Shown: positions 58,502-64,000 of the stretch, one piece after another
How positions within the stretch are numbered: the first letter of the stretch is position 1
Layout: every line of letters begins with the position of its first letter
Origin: an uncultured delta proteobacterium
GTDB lineage: Bacteria > Desulfobacterota > Desulfobaccia > Desulfobaccales > 0-14-0-80-60-11
DNA length: 64,000 nt
Assembly (NCBI GenBank): GCA_963739295.1
Contig: CAVTZS010000005.1
Span: 88,713 to 152,712 of the forward strand
Reading direction: 5' to 3'
The notes under the pieces: model-generated
Databases searched by the model: none
The model's input: only the letters and a program-made list of their open reading frames with translations
Told to the model about the DNA's origin: nothing
Translations under genes and position numbers: made by a program

Positions 58502-60167
58502 TTATTTTACCGGCAAATAGATGGTGAAGGTGGTGCCTTTGCCTTCTTCACTGGCCACCAGCATTCGGCCCTTTAATTTTTCAATAATGCTATAAGATAT
58601 TGACAGACCCAGTCCGGTTCCCTTGCCCACTTCTTTGGTGGTGAAGAATGGATCAAAAACTTTATTCATCATTTCTTTGGGAATCCCCGGGCCATTATCG
58701 GAAATCTCAATGGCTATCTCATGGTTGTCCGTAATAAATCTGGTTTTAACAGAGATCTCGCCGTCTTTACCTATGGCATCGATGGCATTGTTGAGGATAT
58801 TGAGAAAGACCTGTTGCAACTGGGAAGAATCGCTGGTGGTCACCGGGAGGTCCGGCGCATAATCCGCCTTGACCTCAATGTTGCGATAGCGGGCTTCATT
58901 GCCCAGAAAATCGATGGTCTCGTCCAGAACCTTACTGATATTTACTTTTTCGGTAACTTTTGGCTCCATCCGCCGGGCAAAGCCTAACAGACGGTGGGTT
59001 ACGGTTTTGGCTCGGTTAATGTGGTATTCAATCTTGTTCACCGTGTCCGCCAGTTCCTTTAAGTTGGGGCTTTGGGAGATATCCTGGGCTCCCAGCAGAT
59101 CCTTAATCCACCCGGCCTGTTCCCCGATGACTGCCAGGGGGTTGTTGATCTCGTGGGCGATGCCGGCGGCCATTTTCCCCAGGGCGGCCATCTTGCTTTC
59201 CTGCATCATCATTTCGTCGCTGCGGGCTTTTTGGCGCTCCATCTCCGTCAACTCGTTCATCATGGACCGGGTGGTGAAAAACGCCCCGATAATAATAACC
59301 AAAATGCCGCCGATAATTATAAGAGCCCCCAGGAATCTGGCCCTAAGCAGCGGCGTCAGTTGCTCCTTGGGATCTTCTCGGACCACCAATACCCACTTTT
59401 TGTTTTTAATGATGCCGGTGGCAAAGAGGGTTTCTTCACCCTTAAAGTCGATTTCCTCTACCTGGGCGCCGGCGGCGGAGAAATTCGGAGCATTCGGGGG
59501 TCCTAGGCAGAGCCCCGCTGAAGCGGGCGGTGGTCTGCAAGACATTATTCTGATTGATGATGAAGGCGTCACCTTTTTTGCCGATCCAGGCGGCGCGCAC
59601 GATATTATCAATGATTTCCGTGTCGATGGTAGCCCGCAATATCCAGCTCTGGTTTTTTTCCCGTATTAGCACGGCGATAATGAAGTGGGGGAACTTGCGA
59701 AATCCCATAAATACGTCACTGATAAACACCCCGGTGGACATTACTGTGTTAAACCATTCCTCATTTTTGTAATTGACGGTCATTACTACATTATAGTGTG
59801 GGCCAACATACGAGAGATACTTTCCATCACTATCGAGGAGGCCAATATCCATGAAAGACTTGGAACGTGTTTGAATGATATTGAAAACTTTATTTATATT
59901 TTCTTCATTTTTTAATTGGTCAACAGAGATAGTATTTGCCAGACTGACAAGCTGGGAAACCCGTTCATCAAAAAAGAGATCAAGGGAGCTGCACCTATTT
60001 TCCACCAAAGTTTTGGCACTGTCATTTCTCTTGGCAGCGTACGAAGCACTAAATTGATGATCAATAACACCTCCAAGAACCAGAAGTGGGATTACTGAAA
60101 AACCGAGAGTGGCTAAAATAATATTCCGCCATAATTTTCTGTAGTATTTCTCTTCCATAACAGACAC
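58502..60167 (-). CDS. sensor histidine kinase with Cache-like extracytoplasmic domain, interrupted by an apparent frameshift (probably at the C5 run at 59496-59500)
   Basis: The N-terminal ORF 60167..59442 has a TM helix, a sensor region and '...[26 protein letters not shown]'. The C-terminal ORF continues '[21 protein letters not shown]...', then a TM helix, the H-box '[12 protein letters not shown]' and 'DNGPGIP...GTGLGLSI'. Confidence 0.8.
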
Positions 60168-60483
60168 CCGCTGCTAAATTGCCGTAGACTTAACTGAGCC
60201 CACGTTAAAGGTAAGTGGCCCCGCCGGGGCCGCAGTGTGTTATAATGGTATCCTACGGGGGTGAAAGAGAGAAGTCAAGACGAGATTTTGGGGCAAGGCT
60301 AATAATTTGCCACTCCAGGGGGTGGAAGGATTACTTGGAACCCAGAGGGATCAACTCTAATACGCGGCACGGCATTAGCATTTATCCTTGAATATCCCCT
60401 TACTCTGGGCTAAATTCCACCTAAATAAGCGAGTTTCCTCGAGTTAAGGTAGCCCCTGCCGCGCTCCCGGAACCGGAGCTGAG

Positions 60484-61929
60484 GTGTCTATGAAACCTTA
60501 CCAAGACCCTAAGTGGGCCGCCAGCCAGGCCATTAGCCTCGACTATAACTATGTCATGTCGGAGTTTGTGGGGGAGCATGGCCTTAAAGAAGTGGAGCTG
60601 GAGGAGTTGACCCCGCGGCTGGAGTCCCTGGATCAGGAACTGGCAGCGGCGCGGCAGAGCGGCCGTCTGGGCTTCCTGGAGTTGCCTTACCAGGAGCAGG
60701 TGGTCCCGGAGGTTCGGAAGGTGGCCCGGCCTATCCTGGAGTGGTGTTGGCACCTGGTGATCCTGGGGATCGGCGGCTCCGCCTTGGGAGCCCGGGCCTT
60801 GCAGCAAGCCCTCTGCCACCCCCAATATAACCTGTTTCCCTTGGCGCGGCGGCAACATCGCCCCGGCCTGTGGGTGGCGGACAATATTGATGCGGATTTC
60901 CTCTACGGCCTCTTAGATGGCCTGGAGTTGCGGCGTACTGCCTTTAATGTTATAAGTAAATCAGGGAATACGGCCGAAACCCTGGCCCAGTTCCTGTGGG
61001 TCTATCGCCTGATGCGGGGCCGGGTGGGGGAAGAGCGGGCCCGGGAGCGCTTAATTGTCACCACCGATCCGGACAGGGGCACCCTAAGGCGTCTGGTAGG
61101 TAAGGAAGGCTTCCCCTCCCTGAGCATTCCCCCCCACGTGGGAGGCCGCTTCTCGGTGTTATCCGCGGTGGGGTTGCTTCCCGCGGCCCTGGTGGGCATC
61201 GACCTGGAGGAACTCCTGGCCGGGGCCCGGTTCATGGATCAACGCCTTAAGGGGGCAGGGCCGCGCCAGCACCTGGCTTATCGCTTGGCGGCTCTCTATT
61301 ATCTCTGTGCCAGTCTCAGGCAACGGACCATCTTAGTGACAATGCCTTATGCCACGGCCTTGAAGGGGATGGCGGAGTGGTTCTGCCAGCTCTGGGCCGA
61401 AAGCTTGGGGAAAAAATGGGATCTGGCCGGCAGGCGGGTAAACACAGGAACCACGCCGGTCAGCGCTTTGGGGGTAACCGACCAGCATTCCCAGCTACAG
61501 CTTTATCTGGAAGGCCCCCCGGACAAGTTGATCACCTTCCTGGAGGTGGAGAATTTTCAGCACCAACTGGATCTGCCGGATCTCTTTCCCGAGCTGGAGG
61601 ACTTGAGTTATCTGGGAGGGCATACCCTTAACGAGCTTTTCTGGGTGGAGAAGCGGGCCACCGCCTTTAACCTCATGAAAGAAGGGCGGCCCAACGTTAC
61701 TTTGCGCCTGCCGGCGATTAATGCCTTTACCATCGGGCAATTAATCTATCTTCTGGAAGTGGTCACGGTGGCCGCCGCGGCTCTCTTTGGGGTGAACCCT
61801 TTAGACCAACCCGGAGTGGAAGGGGTCAAGCAGACTACCTTTGGTTTGATGGGCCGGCCCGGGTTCGAGGCCTTCCGCCAGGAATGCGCGACCGCTCAAC
61901 CCCTTAAGGAGAAATATATTATTTCTTAA
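60484..61929 (+). CDS. pgi: glucose-6-phosphate isomerase
   Basis: 481 aa with 'LVILGIGGSALGARAL', 'ISKSGNTAET' and 'GGRFSVLSAVGLLP'. Confidence 0.85.
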   Translation: MSMKPYQDPKWAASQAISLDYNYVMSEFVGEHGLKEVELEELTPRLESLDQELAAARQSGRLGFLELPYQEQVVPEVRKVARPILEWCWHLVILGIGGSALGARALQQALCHPQYNLFPLARRQHRPGLWVADNIDADFLYGLLDGLELRRTAFNVISKSGNTAETLAQFLWVYRLMRGRVGEERARERLIVTTDPDRGTLRRLVGKEGFPSLSIPPHVGGRFSVLSAVGLLPAALVGIDLEELLAGARFMDQRLKGAGPRQHLAYRLAALYYLCASLRQRTILVTMPYATALKGMAEWFCQLWAESLGKKWDLAGRRVNTGTTPVSALGVTDQHSQLQLYLEGPPDKLITFLEVENFQHQLDLPDLFPELEDLSYLGGHTLNELFWVEKRATAFNLMKEGRPNVTLRLPAINAFTIGQLIYLLEVVTVAAAALFGVNPLDQPGVEGVKQTTFGLMGRPGFEAFRQECATAQPLKEKYIIS

Positions 61930-61936
61930 AGATCCT

Positions 61937-63400
61937 ATGAAGCGCCTTAAACTCCATACTCCCTGGTGGCCTTCCGGAAAAGACCCGCAGACCTTCCGTT
62001 TGGTAAAATTCTTTTCTCTGCCTGGCTTTGTGGTCATTCTGATTTTTACCGGCATCCTGACCCTGCTCCTGACGTTGCGGGCGCAAGAGATGGTCTTGAA
62101 GAAAAACCAGGACTATATCATCCTCCTGGCGGCCAACCTGAACCACCAGATCTACCAGCAATTCTTGTTGCCCACGGCCTTTGAAACTGGGGGCCGCATA
62201 ACCTTATCAGACCCGGAGCAATCGCAACGTCTGGATGAGGTGGTACGGAATACCATCCACGGCTTCCATGTGATGCAACTGAATCAATATGACCAGGAAG
62301 GGGTGTTCTCCTACAGTACCGATAAGCTACCTTTGGGGAAAAAATGCGATGATGTGCTGGGGGTGAAAAGGGCCTTGGCCGGTGAGAACCATTTCGAGTT
62401 CCCTGGCTATCACCCCCTGTGGGGTCTCCTGTGGCAGCGCGGCCCCGAGGCCCATCGCCTCAAGGCTTATATCCCCTTTCGCCTGGAGCAGCGCCTAGGT
62501 TCTGAGCCAGGCCCGGTAGTGGGGGTTTTTGAGATTACCCAGGACATCTCCGGAGACCTGGCGCAGATCGCCAAGTCCCGCATGATCATCCTGCTTACCC
62601 TGGCAGTGATCATGGGACTGCTTTTTATCGTGTTGCGCCAGATCGTGAAGCAGGCGGAGGTCATCCAGGAGCGGCGCCAAGAAGAGCAACGGGAGTTGGA
62701 AGGACAACTGCACCAGGCGGAGCGGCTGGCGGCCCTGGGGGAGATGACGGCCGGGGTGGCCCATGAGGTCCGCAATCCCCTGGGGATTATCAGCTCCACC
62801 GCCGAGCTGCTCCAAGAGCGCTTGGTCCAGTATGAGCCGCAAAACCGCCTGGCCCAGATCATTGTGGAAGAAGCTAACCGGCTCAACGAAAAGGTCACGG
62901 AGTTTTTGGATTTTGCCCGGCCCCGCGTCCCCAATTTACGCAGTTGCGACCTGGAAGGGGTTTTAAACCGGAGCCTGGAATTCCTGCAGCCGGAGATCGA
63001 GCGGCGGGGTATTACCGTGACCCGGTATTATCAGCTCAATAGCCGGGCTTTGAGCGCCGACCTGGACCTCTTGCACCAGGCTTTTTTGAATATTCTCTTG
63101 AACGCCATCCAGGCCATGCCCCACGGCGGTCAACTGGTGGTGTCCACCAAAGTCGGCCCCCAGGGGCGGGGTGGGGAGATCTGTTTTGAAGACACCGGAG
63201 AAGGTATAGATCTCGATACCCAGAAGAAGATCTTCAATCCCTTTTTTACCACCAAGGAAAGAGGCAGTGGACTGGGCCTACCCATTGTCAAGAGCATCAT
63301 TGAAAGCCATCAGGGGTCCATCAAAATCGACAGCACCGTGGGCAAGGGCACCGCGGTGACCCTCAGCCTGCCGGAACTGTCGAGGAAAAAGGAGGGTTAG
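61937..63400 (+). CDS. membrane sensor histidine kinase
   Basis: 487 aa with two TM segments, the H-box 'TAGVAHEVRNPL' and 'DTGEGI...GSGLGLPI'. Confidence 0.85.
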   Translation: MKRLKLHTPWWPSGKDPQTFRLVKFFSLPGFVVILIFTGILTLLLTLRAQEMVLKKNQDYIILLAANLNHQIYQQFLLPTAFETGGRITLSDPEQSQRLDEVVRNTIHGFHVMQLNQYDQEGVFSYSTDKLPLGKKCDDVLGVKRALAGENHFEFPGYHPLWGLLWQRGPEAHRLKAYIPFRLEQRLGSEPGPVVGVFEITQDISGDLAQIAKSRMIILLTLAVIMGLLFIVLRQIVKQAEVIQERRQEEQRELEGQLHQAERLAALGEMTAGVAHEVRNPLGIISSTAELLQERLVQYEPQNRLAQIIVEEANRLNEKVTEFLDFARPRVPNLRSCDLEGVLNRSLEFLQPEIERRGITVTRYYQLNSRALSADLDLLHQAFLNILLNAIQAMPHGGQLVVSTKVGPQGRGGEICFEDTGEGIDLDTQKKIFNPFFTTKERGSGLGLPIVKSIIESHQGSIKIDSTVGKGTAVTLSLPELSRKKEG

Positions 63401-63509
63401 CTCAGGAGATTTTTATCCGGGGCAGGGGCCAGATGGGGGAACGAGGTAATCCCGCCCCCGTTAGCTTTCACGGCACTTTCATTTATTTAAGGCGCGAGTC
63501 AAGACCTCT

Positions 63510-64000
63510 ATGGATACTATCTTAGTCGTTGACGATGAAACCAATTATCTGACCGTCATGGAGGCCTTGCTGGGGGAGGCCGGCTATGAGGTGCTGACTG
63601 CCCAAAGTGGCCTGGAGGCCTTGAAGATTGCGGGCAGCACCGACCTGGACCTGATCCTCACGGATATGAAGATGCCCAGGATGAGCGGCATCGAACTCCT
63701 GGATGAATCCCATCGGCTTTATCCAGATCTGCCGGTGATCATCATGACCGCCTTCGGCACCGTGGAAAAGGCGGTGACGGCCATGAAAAAGGGGGCCTTC
63801 GATTACATCCTGAAACCCTTTAAAAATGATGAGATCCTGGTAACCATCGCCAAGGCCCTGGATCACCGCCACCTGATCCTGAAGAACCTTTTCCTCAGCC
63901 AGGAATTGGAAAAGAAATACGGCTTCCCCAACATTGTGGGGGAAAGCCGGGAGATGCAAGAGATTTTGGCCCTGGTGAAACGGGTGGCTCAATCCAAGGC
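63510..64000 (+). CDS. sigma54-dependent NtrC-family response regulator (3' end outside window)
   Basis: ATG at 63510. It has 'MDTILVVDDE...DLILTDMKMPRMSG...IMTAFGTVEKAV...YILKPF...IVGESREMQEILALVKRVAQSK'. The frame is open to the window end. Confidence 0.85.
   Translation, partial: MDTILVVDDETNYLTVMEALLGEAGYEVLTAQSGLEALKIAGSTDLDLILTDMKMPRMSGIELLDESHRLYPDLPVIIMTAFGTVEKAVTAMKKGAFDYILKPFKNDEILVTIAKALDHRHLILKNLFLSQELEKKYGFPNIVGESREMQEILALVKRVAQSK

Overview
This is a chromosomal, moderately GC-rich bacterial window with about 55 protein-coding genes. I saw no rRNA, tRNA, CRISPR array, or intact transposase or integrase. The gene content (nrfHA nitrite reductase, PPi-dependent phosphofructokinase, class II B12 ribonucleotide reductase, many sigma54/NtrC-type and orphan two-component genes) suggests an anaerobic Desulfobacterota/deltaproteobacterium-like organism. 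That taxonomic guess is inference only.

Gene order:
- SWIM protein, AI-2E transporter, nrdJ with NrdR boxes, fabH
- nrfH-nrfA-cytochrome c operon
- hemW-like radical SAM gene, Pat-like acetyltransferase, lepA
- an AT-rich islet of gene debris
- MBL hydrolase, DUF4389-like protein, M50/CBS protease, GNAT, PPC protein, hypA, FadL-family porin
- envelope genes (PHP tyrosine phosphatase, PMM/PGM, dipeptide epimerase, lipid A-type acyltransferase)
- a GAF/PAS HisKA_3 kinase with two tandem LuxR-type regulators
- YHS/TRASH protein, yjbQ, PPi-PFK, csp plus RRM protein
- two large PpsA-like paralogs bracketing a minus-strand gene series that starts at a sigma54 promoter (usp, tauE, lipoprotein, HK, NtrC)
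- MFS transporter, two tandem HK/CheY-like pairs, pgi, and another HK/NtrC pair that runs off the window

Things worth a second look:
1. At least six otherwise intact genes are each interrupted by a single frameshift. This is either sequence error or pseudogenisation.
2. A dense family of GC-rich palindromic REP-like elements sits at gene 3' ends.
3. Arrays of about 22-bp direct repeats lie upstream of the GAF/PAS kinase, and the same motif recurs after each duplicated regulator.
4. A 390-bp direct repeat carrying the pfp 5' end and promoter flanks the csp-RRM module.
5. The two PpsA-like proteins have a non-canonical C-terminal domain.

I cannot show from sequence alone that any of these is a new system. 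The PpsA-like/sigma54 locus and the repeat-array/duplicated-regulator locus are my best candidates.
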